This document shows, one piece after another, positions 1-10,979 of a stretch of DNA of 64,000 nt. A model generated the notes under the pieces. That model was not told where the DNA came from. It made no database searches and worked only from the letters and a program-made list of their open reading frames with translations. This DNA comes from an uncultured Pseudomonadales bacterium (GTDB lineage Bacteria; Patescibacteriota; Microgenomatia; UBA1400; UBA12028): positions 288,293-352,292 of the forward strand of contig CAZWPK010000001.1 in the NCBI GenBank assembly GCA_964635905.1, read 5' to 3'. Positions within the stretch are counted from its first letter, which is position 1; every line of letters starts with the position of its first letter. The position numbers and the translations under genes are program-made.

Positions 1-119
1 CCTAACACATCAGGTGGCAAGAGAAAAATCCAAATTATTTGGCCATCTTTTGCATCGCAAAGATGGGTTGAATATGCTAGAGTACCTACTGCTAGAAAAA
101 AGTACTGCTGGGAGGTCGC

Positions 120-773
120 ATGGAAATTTCCTATTTAGGTCATTCATCATTCAAAATCAAAACCAAACAAGGCACCGTGATCACGGACCCGTTTGATAAA
201 AGCGTGGGATTTGCCTATCCCTCCGTCACCGGTGACATTGTGACGAGCTCCCATGATCATGCCGACCATCGTAATCTGTCGGCAGTCAAACCCGCAGCCG
301 GACGAGAAGCTCCGTTTCAAATTACTGCCGCCGGAGAATACGAAGTGGCAGGCATCTCTATTTTTGGATTTCCGTCCTTTCATGATGCGGTGCAGGGAAA
401 AGAACGTGGACCCAATATTGTCTATTCCATTGCTGCCGAAGGCATCACGGTTGTCCATCTGGGCGATCTTGGTCACGAATTAACCGATGCGTTCATTGAA
501 GACTTAGGTGAAGTTGATGTGCTGCTCTGTCCCGTGGGAGGTGTCTACACCATTGATTCCAAGACTGCAGTCGAAGTCATACAAGCTATTGATCCCTATT
601 ATGTCATTCCGATGCATTATAAAACCGCTGCCCATGAGTCTTCGACCTATGGTGCCTTGCAGACCGTTGAAGATTTTCAAAAAGCATACGGTGTGACGAT
701 CGAACCAGTCAAATCCTTGAGTGTCTCTTCCACGAAACCGGAACAGACCACCTTGGTAGTCTTGGAGAGCTAA
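120..773 (+). CDS. MBL-fold metal-dependent hydrolase (UPF0173 family)
   Basis: The N-terminus MEISYLGHSSFKI...DPF and the HxHxDH motif (SSHDHADH) match the UPF0173 metallo-beta-lactamase-fold hydrolases. A 217-aa ORF is typical length for that family. Confidence 0.7.
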   Translation: MEISYLGHSSFKIKTKQGTVITDPFDKSVGFAYPSVTGDIVTSSHDHADHRNLSAVKPAAGREAPFQITAAGEYEVAGISIFGFPSFHDAVQGKERGPNIVYSIAAEGITVVHLGDLGHELTDAFIEDLGEVDVLLCPVGGVYTIDSKTAVEVIQAIDPYYVIPMHYKTAAHESSTYGALQTVEDFQKAYGVTIEPVKSLSVSSTKPEQTTLVVLES

Positions 774-2105
774 ATGGCAGTCGTACGGATTCCTCCGAAT
801 AACATTCCCGCCGAAGAAAGCGTGCTCGGGGCACTCTTATTAGATCATGATGCCATTGTGGCCGTCGCCGAACTCCTCAAACCAGAATTCTTCTACAAAG
901 ATATTCATCAAGCCGTGTTTCGCGCAATCATTGAGCTGTATTCGCAGCGCAGCCCCATCGACATCGTCACGGTATCGTCCCAACTAAAAAAGAACAAAGA
1001 TCTAAAGGAAGTAGGGGGAACCCCGTATCTCACGCAGCTTGCAGAAGCCGTTCCGACCTCCTCCCACGTTCGAGAATATGCCAAGATTGTCAAAGATCTG
1101 TATACCAAACGGCAACTGATTACACTTGCCGCAGATCTCAATGAGCTGGCTTTTGATGAAGGGAAGATGACTGAGGAAATTTTGGACAAAGCAGAATCTA
1201 ATGTGTTTGCGCTCTCGCAGACCCATGTGGAAAAGGGGTTTATTCCGCTAAAAGATGTCTTGGCCGAAAGTTTTGATCGTCTCGATGAACTGCAAAAGAA
1301 TGCCGGGGGACTCCGTGGGGTTCCGACAGGGTTTGCCGATCTGGACGATACCTTGTCCGGAATGCAAGCCTCCAACTTGTTAATTCTTGCGGCACGACCT
1401 GGTGTTGGGAAAACAGCGTTTTCCCTCAACATCGCCATGCAGACCGCCGTAGCCTATAAAAAGAAAGTCGCCTATTTTTCTTTGGAAATGAGTAAAGAAG
1501 AATTGGTCGATCGTTTGTTGGTCGCCCAAGCCGATATTGATGCCTGGAGATTAAAGACTGGACGACTCTCCGAAGATGACTTCACCAAACTCTCCGATGC
1601 CATGGGAGTGCTCGCAGATGCTCCAATCTATATTGACGACACTCCAGGAATCAGCGTCCTGGAACTGCGTACTAAAGCCCGCCGTTTAATGTCCGAACGG
1701 GGGATCGACATGATTGTGGTGGACTACTTGCAGCTTATGCACGGAAGTGGACTCTATAAAGAGAACAGAGTGCTGGAAATTGGAGAGATCTCCATGGGAC
1801 TAAAAAATATCGCTCGTGAACTCAAGGTCCCGGTACTCTCACTGGCACAGTTATCCCGTGCCGTGGAAAGCCGAGGCACCAAACAACCCCAGCTCTCCGA
1901 CCTACGTGAATCCGGATCTATCGAACAGGATGCAGACGTTGTGATGTTTTTGTACCGTGAGGACGATGACGAACGCGAGAATGTCAAACTAGGGATCGCC
2001 AAACACCGTAACGGAGCCCTGCGCAACATTGATTTATTCTTCAAGGGAGATCGTATCCGTTTCTACGGGGTGGAACGACGACAATCTATCGCGCCTACGA
2101 CGTAG
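774..2105 (+). CDS. dnaB: replicative DNA helicase DnaB
   Basis: The N-terminus has the DnaB signature IPPNNIPAEESVLGALLLD. A Walker A motif (ARPGVGKTAF) and a RecA-like C-domain are present. The 443-aa ORF carries no intein. Confidence 0.9.
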   Translation: MAVVRIPPNNIPAEESVLGALLLDHDAIVAVAELLKPEFFYKDIHQAVFRAIIELYSQRSPIDIVTVSSQLKKNKDLKEVGGTPYLTQLAEAVPTSSHVREYAKIVKDLYTKRQLITLAADLNELAFDEGKMTEEILDKAESNVFALSQTHVEKGFIPLKDVLAESFDRLDELQKNAGGLRGVPTGFADLDDTLSGMQASNLLILAARPGVGKTAFSLNIAMQTAVAYKKKVAYFSLEMSKEELVDRLLVAQADIDAWRLKTGRLSEDDFTKLSDAMGVLADAPIYIDDTPGISVLELRTKARRLMSERGIDMIVVDYLQLMHGSGLYKENRVLEIGEISMGLKNIARELKVPVLSLAQLSRAVESRGTKQPQLSDLRESGSIEQDADVVMFLYREDDDERENVKLGIAKHRNGALRNIDLFFKGDRIRFYGVERRQSIAPTT

Positions 2106-2409
2106 ACGGAGAAATGGAACTTTCCAACGGAGAGAAGCCAAAGAGTAGATACATCAGTCCTCCACCTAAGGCCAAAAAGAGCAAAAAGAAACCTAAATTT
2201 CGGCGTAACACGGAACTGGTATTTTCAATTTTCTGTAAATGGTCCGTGCTGGCAAGAATCACCACCGCAATGCCAAACCAAATTCCACCTCGAAGGAAAA
2301 TAGATCCGATACTATCCACTGCAAATAAAAAGATGACGAACTCTCGTAATGCCAGACTATATTCTCGTGCAGTAAAGTGTTCATTCATCCGAGCCCAAGA
2401 CTGATTCAT
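2095..2409 (-). CDS. hypothetical small membrane protein
   Basis: The 104-aa ORF has 2-3 hydrophobic helices. The overlapping + strand ORF (2114..2404) is Lys-rich, as expected for the antisense of a hydrophobic gene. It overlaps the convergent dnaB end by 11 nt. Confidence 0.3.
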   Translation of the reverse strand: MNQSWARMNEHFTAREYSLALREFVIFLFAVDSIGSIFLRGGIWFGIAVVILASTDHLQKIENTSSVLRRNLGFFLLFLALGGGLMYLLFGFSPLESSISPSTS

Positions 2410-2655
2410 TTGACTCAGTGTAGGGGAAAAAAGAGGAAAAGTCTAGGATGGAGAACGACATCTTTTTGTGAGCTCGAACGGGTATCCCAGAAACACTAAA
2501 TTCATTTAGTTAGCGATAATTTCTGACTCCTTTAGGTGATTTTGATGCTCTCCAGATCTAGAATAGTCCACATTTACCCGTAGGCCGTTTTTCAAAAAAA
2601 ACACGTCCGACGGGTAAAGATTTACTCGTTGAACGTGCAGCGACAAAACTTCTTG

Positions 2656-2739
2656 TGCCCAGGGTGGGAATCGAACCCACATGAGATTGCTCTCACACGA
2701 TTTTGAGTCGTGCGCGTCTGCCAGTTCCGCCACCTAGGC
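2656..2739 (-). tRNA. tRNA-Leu (anticodon CAA)
   Basis: Hand-folded as a cloverleaf with a 7-bp acceptor stem (GCCTAGG/CCTGGGC). The anticodon loop CTCAAAA gives anticodon CAA. It has a long variable arm and the T-loop TTCGATT. CCA is not encoded. Confidence 0.8.
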
Positions 2740-2805
2740 AAATTGCTTCTGCTTTTGACAGAACCTTATTATATCGCACGTTTCAAAAACCGGAGAAGGG
2801 AGACT

Positions 2806-3276
2806 TTATTTTCTCAGGTGACTTAAAAAGTCCAGTGGGGTGAAATCTCGTAATGGGCTGCTATAGAAACCAACTCTAGTGGGTTTACCATCAACAGGGA
2901 TACTAGCACTAACATGCATCACGTCGTGTTCTCCACCATAGGGACTATCATCCTTTACGGAAACCTCACTAACGATAAAGCCCTGCTTTCTGGCAAGCTG
3001 CTGGATGTACAAAATGAACTCTCGTTGTGCTGTTTTTCTTGCGGATGCTGCATTTGGGTGTTCGCGTAAAGCTGTTTGGAAAAAGTGTACATAGATTTGA
3101 TCAAATGCCTGACTAATCGCTCGGAGTGGGTTTCCAGCCTCCGTAAGCTCTTCTGCTCGTAGAGCTGTCGGAATCGGAATCGAGGTGGGGAGCGGAGGAA
3201 TGGTAAGAATGTCAGGAGGCTTTGTGAGCGAATCAACTAATCGCGATGAAAAATCACTATTTCCAATTTTTTCCAT
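2806..3276 (-). CDS. hypothetical protein
   Basis: A 156-aa ORF with a Pro-rich N-terminal region. No motif was recognised. Confidence 0.4.
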   Translation of the reverse strand: MEKIGNSDFSSRLVDSLTKPPDILTIPPLPTSIPIPTALRAEELTEAGNPLRAISQAFDQIYVHFFQTALREHPNAASARKTAQREFILYIQQLARKQGFIVSEVSVKDDSPYGGEHDVMHVSASIPVDGKPTRVGFYSSPLRDFTPLDFLSHLRK

Positions 3277-3380
3277 ACCAGACCCCTTCTAGTATAAGGT
3301 GAATGCGAACTGCTCGGTTAAGACTGGGAGATGCACACATCTATTGTAAGAAATATTCTACGCCGACTGTCAAGGAAACG

Positions 3381-3827
3381 TTATCGCAGTAACAGGATAA
3401 GACCAAACACCACGACCTGGGGTGCCAATCCCAACAACATATTAGGGGTGGAATGATGAAACCCATGATGGAAATCATTAAATGGTTTTAGCCACCAAGG
3501 ATTAAACTTTAAGAAATTGCGGGGTGCCTCGACAAAATCCGGGAGCAGTCCCATAAAGGCGCCAATCCAGGCATGGATGGCAAGCGTAGGGCTTGAAGCC
3601 TGAAATAACCAATAGATCAGGACAACGGACAAGGCTAAGTCACCCAGCTCCAGAAGAATAGCCGTTGATTTTTTCCGCGTCCCATTCGACAGTCCTGTTC
3701 CCACATCCCAGTGTAAAATCCAGTCTTCCAGATAGTGGGAGGCTAAAGTGAGCGGAATATAGAGCAGTGGATTTGGTAGTTTGGTAGCGATGAACGCGCC
3801 TGTTAAAGAGTGAGAAATCGATAACAT
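3381..3827 (-). CDS. membrane-bound metal-dependent hydrolase-like protein (YdjM/DUF457-like)
   Basis: A 148-aa multi-pass membrane protein with His-rich motifs (HYLEDWILHWD and HHGFHH). This resembles the inner-membrane metal-dependent hydrolase family. Confidence 0.4.
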   Translation of the reverse strand: MLSISHSLTGAFIATKLPNPLLYIPLTLASHYLEDWILHWDVGTGLSNGTRKKSTAILLELGDLALSVVLIYWLFQASSPTLAIHAWIGAFMGLLPDFVEAPRNFLKFNPWWLKPFNDFHHGFHHSTPNMLLGLAPQVVVFGLILLLR

Positions 3828-3900
3828 AGAGAGATTTATTGTAGTCTATTCTCAAGAAGATTTAAAGCGATCATTGAATGTTTAGTGCTATAGTAAATGT

Positions 3901-4254
3901 ATGGTCAAACAAAAGTTCGTGTTTTTGTTTTTCATTTTTGTCTTGTATCTCTGTTTCTTATGCGGGTTATTTGTGCTTCCCATTGTGTTTGCGGGAATTG
4001 CCAGCTTGTCGGCTCCCTACAGTAATTTCCCTCCCACCAATATCGTGTTTTGGAATTTATTTTGTCTTGCATTTATTGCTCCCATTGGATTTATGCTCTT
4101 TTTAGCGATTTCAACGTTTGTTGTGTGTCGCAAGCATGCGCCAAAAATTCCAGAGTGGTTTCGTATCTTAGATCGCTATATCTACCTAACGATCATTGTC
4201 TGGGTCATTGTCCAGTTGCTATTTCCTCAGTTGCGTCCGGGATACTTTCCCTAA
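3901..4254 (+). CDS. hypothetical membrane protein
   Basis: A 117-aa ORF, strongly hydrophobic with 3-4 predicted transmembrane segments. Confidence 0.35.
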   Translation: MVKQKFVFLFFIFVLYLCFLCGLFVLPIVFAGIASLSAPYSNFPPTNIVFWNLFCLAFIAPIGFMLFLAISTFVVCRKHAPKIPEWFRILDRYIYLTIIVWVIVQLLFPQLRPGYFP

Positions 4255-4322
4255 CCACAGTGCACGTGGCATAAAGTGCTATACTCGATCCAGTATCAAC
4301 CCAAGGTGCGTGATAGAAATGG

Positions 4323-5561
4323 ATGGCTATGAACGATCCGTATGCAAATGCTCTCGTACAACTGCAAGAAGTTGCGTCGTTACTCGATTTAAATCCCTCA
4401 ACGGTGGCAATCTTGTCCACGCCTAATCGGCTGGCTACCGTCACGTTTCCAGTCAAAATGGATGATGGCAGCGTTGCCGTCTTTACCGGATTTCGTTCAC
4501 AACACAATAATGCACGTGGTCCCTATAAAGGGGGAATTCGTTTCCATCCCCAAGTCAGTGAATCGGAAGTAAAAGCATTATCCATGTGGATGACGTGGAA
4601 ATGCGCAATTGCCAATATCCCTTATGGTGGAGGAAAAGGTGGCGTCATTGTTGATCCAAAAAAACTTTCAGCCAGCGAACTCGAACGCGTTGCACGCGCA
4701 TACATTCAACGAATTGCACCAATCATCGGTGAAGATACCGATATCCCCGCCCCAGATGTCAACACGGATGGCAAGGTGATGGACTGGATGCTGTCAGAAT
4801 ATGAGAAGGTGTTGGGAAAACCCTCGAAAGCAACGTTTACCGGCAAACCCATTGAGCATGGGGGAAGTCAGGGACGAACGGAGGCGACAGGATACGGTGG
4901 GGTTTTTGTACTAAACCGATTAATTGAGTTACTTGGGAAAAAGCGGGAAGGTCACACGGTCGCCATTCAAGGATTTGGGAATGTCGGTTCCTATTTTGCC
5001 AAAGCAGCCTTTGATGCAGGGTACACCGTCGTTGCACTTTCAGATTCGAAAGGGGCGATCCACAACGAGTCAGGTATTGATCCCTACAAAGCGGAAGCCC
5101 ATAAACAGGCGACTGGGAGTTTGAGCGGATTTGCTGGAACGACCGAACTGACCAATGAAGCACTCTTAGAACTAAAAGTAGATATTCTCGTTCCCAGTGC
5201 GCTTGAAAATGTCATTACGCAGGAAAATGTGTCCAAACTTCGTTCTAACATTATCATCGAAATGGCCAACGGACCCGTCGTTCCACAAGTCGACGAATAC
5301 CTCCAAGCACACGGCATTATCAGCGTTCCCGATGTCTTGGCAAACAGTGGAGGGGTAACGGTGTCGTATTTTGAATGGGTGCAAAACAAAGAGGGTAGTA
5401 GTTGGAGTAAAGAAGAAGTCCTTTCAAAGCTGGAAGAAACTATTACGGTTGCTACCAATGAAGCCTATGCCATGAAAGAACAGCATGCAGTGACAATGCG
5501 GATGGGAGCGTATATGAATGGAGTAGCCCGCGTTGCCAGTGCGCTTGAAAAGAGTCTATGA
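4323..5561 (+). CDS. gdhA: NAD(P)-specific glutamate dehydrogenase
   Basis: It carries the Glu/Leu/Phe/Val dehydrogenase active-site region GGIRFHP...PYGGGKGG and a Rossmann motif GFGNVG. The length is 412 aa. Confidence 0.9.
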   Translation: MAMNDPYANALVQLQEVASLLDLNPSTVAILSTPNRLATVTFPVKMDDGSVAVFTGFRSQHNNARGPYKGGIRFHPQVSESEVKALSMWMTWKCAIANIPYGGGKGGVIVDPKKLSASELERVARAYIQRIAPIIGEDTDIPAPDVNTDGKVMDWMLSEYEKVLGKPSKATFTGKPIEHGGSQGRTEATGYGGVFVLNRLIELLGKKREGHTVAIQGFGNVGSYFAKAAFDAGYTVVALSDSKGAIHNESGIDPYKAEAHKQATGSLSGFAGTTELTNEALLELKVDILVPSALENVITQENVSKLRSNIIIEMANGPVVPQVDEYLQAHGIISVPDVLANSGGVTVSYFEWVQNKEGSSWSKEEVLSKLEETITVATNEAYAMKEQHAVTMRMGAYMNGVARVASALEKSL

Positions 5562-6298
5562 TGTGGTCGATTGTGTCGGCAGTCTTACTCGTGGTCGTTA
5601 CGTATGTGACGTTGTTTTTCGTGTGGAGAAAAGTAGATCAAGAACACATCGATGGGATCGAGACTTTTTTTGATGTCATCGTAAAATCTAGTGTAGTTGC
5701 CTATGCCGCCGGAAGAATAGGGTACCTCTTACTCTCGTTGCGTTTTCCCATAACTTCGATCACTGCGATTTGGTCATCCGGGCTCTCTAGTGTTTCAATC
5801 CCACTATTTATTGCCGGATTCTTCCTGGCATTTTATCGTTTTTCCATTCCACATTGGAAGGATCGTTTCCACTTACTCGACCTCATTTCAATTGGCATGT
5901 CCTGTTGGGTATCGTTGTGCTTTCTTTGTCTGACTCTGGTGGGAATTCGCCCATTTTTGGGGACAACGATTGTGGCTGCGTCGCTGTGGTCATCGCTGCT
6001 GTTGCCACTAGTGTTTGTTGTTCTCTTTGGTCTGCTCTTTATCCTACTGACCCAGTTGGAACAGGTGTACCGGACATTTATGTGGTATCGCTACCGACGA
6101 AGTAGTGCACAAAGTGGTTTTGTCGTGGCAGCTTTTTTTATCGGCGGAGGTGTGCTGCTCTTGGCTCGATTACTCTTATTTGAGGGGGTCCAATGGAACT
6201 TTTCTTTCATTGGGGAACTGATTATCACATTGCTCTTTGTCCTCTCAGGCTTTATCATCCTCTACATCCGGTCTGGTCGATTCAAACTTCGATCGTAA
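5558..6298 (+). CDS. polytopic membrane protein, possible prolipoprotein diacylglyceryl transferase (Lgt-like)
   Basis: About 7 transmembrane segments. Motifs AAGRIGYLL, WSSGLSSVS and TQLEQVY weakly resemble the Lgt signatures GRxGNF, WDGGxSFHGG and TQLYE. lspA lies two genes downstream. Confidence 0.4.
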   Translation: MMWSIVSAVLLVVVTYVTLFFVWRKVDQEHIDGIETFFDVIVKSSVVAYAAGRIGYLLLSLRFPITSITAIWSSGLSSVSIPLFIAGFFLAFYRFSIPHWKDRFHLLDLISIGMSCWVSLCFLCLTLVGIRPFLGTTIVAASLWSSLLLPLVFVVLFGLLFILLTQLEQVYRTFMWYRYRRSSAQSGFVVAAFFIGGGVLLLARLLLFEGVQWNFSFIGELIITLLFVLSGFIILYIRSGRFKLRS

Positions 6299-6335
6299 GG
6301 GAAATTCAACGACACATTAGATATAAGGAGATCCT

Positions 6336-6668
6336 ATGGCTCTATCTTCCACTCAACTGGAACAACTACAAGGAATGCTCACGGAGCAGCATGCCCGTTT
6401 AACCAACGTGTTAGAGTCCCTAAAAGCTGGCGATCCCGCTTCGAACCCCGAACGCACGAATGATAATGCGGACATCGGAAATGAAGCGACGGAAAGTAGT
6501 CAGCTGGTTGAATACGAATCATTGGAACGTGAAACACAAATACTCCTGGATCGAACGCAACATGCGTTGGACAGTATTCAAGCTGGAACCTATGGGACAA
6601 CCGCAGAGGGGAAAGAGATTCCTTTCGAACGCTTGTTAATTGACCCCACGGCGACCACCACGGTGTAA
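6336..6668 (+). CDS. hypothetical acidic protein (DksA/TraR-like coiled coil, no zinc finger)
   Basis: A 110-aa acidic ORF with an N-terminal helical segment. It lacks the C4 cysteines. Confidence 0.3.
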   Translation: MALSSTQLEQLQGMLTEQHARLTNVLESLKAGDPASNPERTNDNADIGNEATESSQLVEYESLERETQILLDRTQHALDSIQAGTYGTTAEGKEIPFERLLIDPTATTTV

Positions 6669-6671
6669 GAC

Positions 6672-7082
6672 ATGAATAAAACCGCATTGACGTTGTGCAG
6701 TCTCATTGCAGTGTGTACTCTCCTAGCGGATCAACTCGTCAAGCTAACGTTCTCCTTGGAGAAAACGATTCTCAATCCGGGAATTTCATTTGGGTTTTTT
6801 AGTGGACCGCTGTTAACTCTACTGCTTTTGGGAATCTTGATTGCAGTGGTGGTGTTTCTGACACGTCATCGTGCGCCAGCGATTCCGACAGGGCTGCTAG
6901 TTGGAGCGGCGACTTCTAATCTGCTAGACCGATTGGTTTTTGGGGGAGTACGCGATATTTTCGCGCTTCCGGTCATCAACGTTTATAATAACCTAGCAGA
7001 CTGGGCGATTGTGATTGCAGTTGTCTGGTTATTTATTTGGCAATCCCGAACACTACCAACCTATGAATCCCACAGACTATAG
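6672..7082 (+). CDS. lspA: lipoprotein signal peptidase (signal peptidase II)
   Basis: Four transmembrane segments. Conserved LspA blocks are NPGISFGF (consensus N-x-G-A-A-F-S) and NLLDRLVFGGVRDIFALPVINVYNNLADW (consensus G-N-x-x-D-R...V-V-D-F). Confidence 0.7.
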   Translation: MNKTALTLCSLIAVCTLLADQLVKLTFSLEKTILNPGISFGFFSGPLLTLLLLGILIAVVVFLTRHRAPAIPTGLLVGAATSNLLDRLVFGGVRDIFALPVINVYNNLADWAIVIAVVWLFIWQSRTLPTYESHRL

Positions 7083-7875
7083 TCAACTAGAAGCAAACAT
7101 CCTTTTTGAAGATCACGACCTAGTGGTGCTCAACAAACCCGCGGGCTGGGTCGTCAATCGTTCGCATACCTTTGATGGGTTAACGGTGCAGGACTTTAGT
7201 GCAGCGCGCTTGGGCATGGATGCCAAAACCACCGCGGAGCTCACCGCTACGATGGAGCATCCGTTCGGAACACCAACAGAGATCTTTAACGAACGCCAAG
7301 GAATTGTCCATCGTTTGGATAAAGAGACTTCCGGCGTACTACTTTTGGCTAAAAATGAGCCAACGTTAACGGAGCTGTTGCGTCAGTTTAAAGCCCGGGA
7401 AGTCCAAAAGACCTATGTTGCGCTGGTGCATGGCAAACTTCTCCCACCCGTTGGGATAATTCGCTTACCCATGGAACGAAGTAGTAATGACTATAAAAAA
7501 TTCACGGTCTCTATCGATGGTAAACTCGGTGAAACGAACTATGCAGTCGTGGAATATTACCCGCATCTACCCACCGGAATTTCTGCCAAAAAAGGGAAAT
7601 CGTATCAAGGTTTTTCTTTGGTAGAGTTGCAACCAAAAACGGGGAGGACGCATCAGATTCGTGTGCACATGAGTGCGATTAAACATCCCTTAGTCGGGGA
7701 TGAAATCTATACCGGGAAGAAGCGCTATCCCATTGATCATGAATGGTGTCCCCGTCATTTCTTACATGCAAAGCAATTACGCTTTGTTCACCCCAAAACA
7801 AAAGAAATTCTGACGATTCAGGCACCGCTTCCGGAGGAACTGGAACTTGTCCTACAAAAACTAACACCGCAGTAA
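7062..7875 (+). CDS. RluA-family 23S rRNA/tRNA pseudouridine synthase
   Basis: Motifs LVVLNKPAGW and HRLDKETSGVLLLAKN (catalytic Asp) identify an RluA/RluD family enzyme. The start was chosen at MNPTDY, which overlaps the lspA end by 20 nt. Confidence 0.8.
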
Positions 7876-8253
7876 TTACAACCGAAGGCTAGTTCCTAAT
7901 CGAGGTTGGCTAGAATCCAACACTAGCGTTCCGTTTTTTTCAAAGATTACTTCGGTAGTAGTGGAAATAAGATACTCCACCTCTCGATATGCGCAAATTT
8001 TTCTGGCAACGATGGCAAGTAATCGAAGGTAATACGCTCGTTCGTTGCTATCGGTTTTTGTTTGAAGGTAGTAGTTGAGGTTCGCAAACGCAAGTTCTAG
8101 CTCTTTTAGTTTATTTTCACGTGTTTGATTCACTTCCTTTGCAAACTGCGCTTCGTAGTGCGACAGATTGACGTTACGAATGTAGACAGACCCACCATAT
8201 TGACGCAGTGTTGTAACTACATAGTCAGGAAAACGTTGGCGTTCTCGGATCAT
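7876..8253 (-). CDS. hypothetical protein
   Basis: A 125-aa ORF with no recognisable motif. It is convergent with the rluA-family gene. Confidence 0.35.
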   Translation of the reverse strand: MIRERQRFPDYVVTTLRQYGGSVYIRNVNLSHYEAQFAKEVNQTRENKLKELELAFANLNYYLQTKTDSNERAYYLRLLAIVARKICAYREVEYLISTTTEVIFEKNGTLVLDSSQPRLGTSLRL

Positions 8254-8312
8254 GCGTCAGGATTATACACCCAAAGAAAAACCGTACTGTAAGAAAGTAT
8301 CAATCATCATTT

Positions 8313-9389
8313 TTAATGAATCCACATTGCATCTCCAAAGGAGTAATAACGATAGTTATGATCCAGGGCATGCTGATAGGCACGACCCGTCAAACTGGAT
8401 TGAAAATCAACAAATGTCGTGGCAGTTGTGGGACTACTGACAAACGCCGCGATGAGCATGAGTAAGGTTGATTTTGGGATATGGAAGTTGGTGATGATGC
8501 TGTCGACAAACTTGTATTGATAGGGAGGGTAAATAAAAATCTGTGTGTCTCCTGATCCTGCCTGAAGGTTTCCAGTTTCATCGGCACAGCTTTCAAGCAC
8601 GCGCACGCAAGTCGTCCCCACTGCGATGATGAGCTTTCCCATTTTTTTGGCCGCAGTTAGCCGTCGGGCGACGTCACTGGTTAATTCATACCTTTCGGAA
8701 TGCATCGGATGGTCATCTATACGATCGGTTTTCACTGGAAGGAATGTCCCTAGCCCCACGTGCAAGGTGACTTCTTCAATTTGGACGCCGTTTTCTCGGA
8801 GCTTTTCTAGAAGCGCGGGAGTGAAATGCAGTCCAGCCGTCGGAGCGGCGACGGCTCCGATTTTAGATGCATAGACAGTCTGATAATGGGCACGAAGAGA
8901 TTGCTCATCCGCTAGATCCCAGGAAATGTAGGGTGGAATGGGTGTATGACCGATCCGATAGAGAAGTTCGAAAAAACGTTCCCTGGGGAGTGAGAATTCA
9001 AGTAGACGGGTATACCCTAACACTGCCGTGCACGTTACCTTGACTGTCGTATCGAGCCAGACAATCGCACCCATAGAAAGTCCTGGTTTACTTAGGCATT
9101 CAAAGGTAATGGACTCCGGGGTCTGGGAGACTTCTTTTTCAAGTAATAGTTCAATCGTTTTTCCAGTTTCTGTTGTTGCAAAGAGTCGGGCGGGTAGCAC
9201 TTTTGTATTATTGATGACTAGGACATCGTTTTTTCCCAAGAGCTCACCTAAATCTTTAAAACGATGATCCGTCAATGTGCCAGTCGTGCGATCTACTTCT
9301 AATAACCTACTATGATCGCGGGGTTCCATTGGAGACTGGGCAATTCGCTCATTGGGAAGTTGATAATCGAAATCAGAGAGGGTAACCAT
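8313..9389 (-). CDS. queA: S-adenosylmethionine:tRNA ribosyltransferase-isomerase
   Basis: The N-terminus FDYQLPNERIAQSPMEPRDHSRLL and the overall 358 aa length are typical of QueA. Confidence 0.85.
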   Translation of the reverse strand: MVTLSDFDYQLPNERIAQSPMEPRDHSRLLEVDRTTGTLTDHRFKDLGELLGKNDVLVINNTKVLPARLFATTETGKTIELLLEKEVSQTPESITFECLSKPGLSMGAIVWLDTTVKVTCTAVLGYTRLLEFSLPRERFFELLYRIGHTPIPPYISWDLADEQSLRAHYQTVYASKIGAVAAPTAGLHFTPALLEKLRENGVQIEEVTLHVGLGTFLPVKTDRIDDHPMHSERYELTSDVARRLTAAKKMGKLIIAVGTTCVRVLESCADETGNLQAGSGDTQIFIYPPYQYKFVDSIITNFHIPKSTLLMLIAAFVSSPTTATTFVDFQSSLTGRAYQHALDHNYRYYSFGDAMWIH

Positions 9390-9392
9390 ACC

Positions 9393-9728
9393 TTAGAGTG
9401 ATGCGGTAAACTCCACCATCAGTCGGTCTTCATCTTTACGAAGCGAACGAATTTGTGCATCCACATTGTCCCGAGCTTTTTGCAGAGCAGGTTTGGCAGA
9501 GAAGTTTAATTGATTATTGATTTCGGCCCAAAGTCGGCGCAACTGAAAATCATGATTTTGCATTCCTTTGCGCACTAACTCATACTGTGCATGACGGGAC
9601 AGAGTGTGCCACTCTGGAAAACGGCTAAGCGTTGTGGGCTCATATTCTCCCAGCTCAATTGCTTTAAGCAGGGTAATCGTGGTTGTTGCGGTGGGTTTTG
9701 CCCCCGAGGAAGTTGGTTCATTTTCCAT
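9393..9728 (-). CDS. hypothetical protein upstream of queA
   Basis: An ORF co-oriented with queA. The start is uncertain because the track start at 9758 would collide with the divergent tgt start. Confidence 0.3.
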   Translation of the reverse strand: MENEPTSSGAKPTATTTITLLKAIELGEYEPTTLSRFPEWHTLSRHAQYELVRKGMQNHDFQLRRLWAEINNQLNFSAKPALQKARDNVDAQIRSLRKDEDRLMVEFTASL

Positions 9729-9733
9729 ATTGA

Positions 9734-10939
<1,206 letters not shown>

Positions 10940-10979
10940 CCTGATTTGAGTGTGACATCAAGAAGGATCTTGTGTATTC

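Noticed and set aside
908-1438. 176-aa minus-strand ORF (and 1002..1226, 1754..2044) inside dnaB
   Set aside because: They lie wholly within the well-supported dnaB reading frame on the opposite strand and have low-complexity composition. These are spurious antisense ORFs.
2114-2404. Lys-rich 96-aa plus-strand ORF after dnaB
   Set aside because: It is the mirror image of a hydrophobic minus-strand ORF (K/E codons opposite F/L codons). The membrane-protein frame is more plausible, and neither is confidently real.
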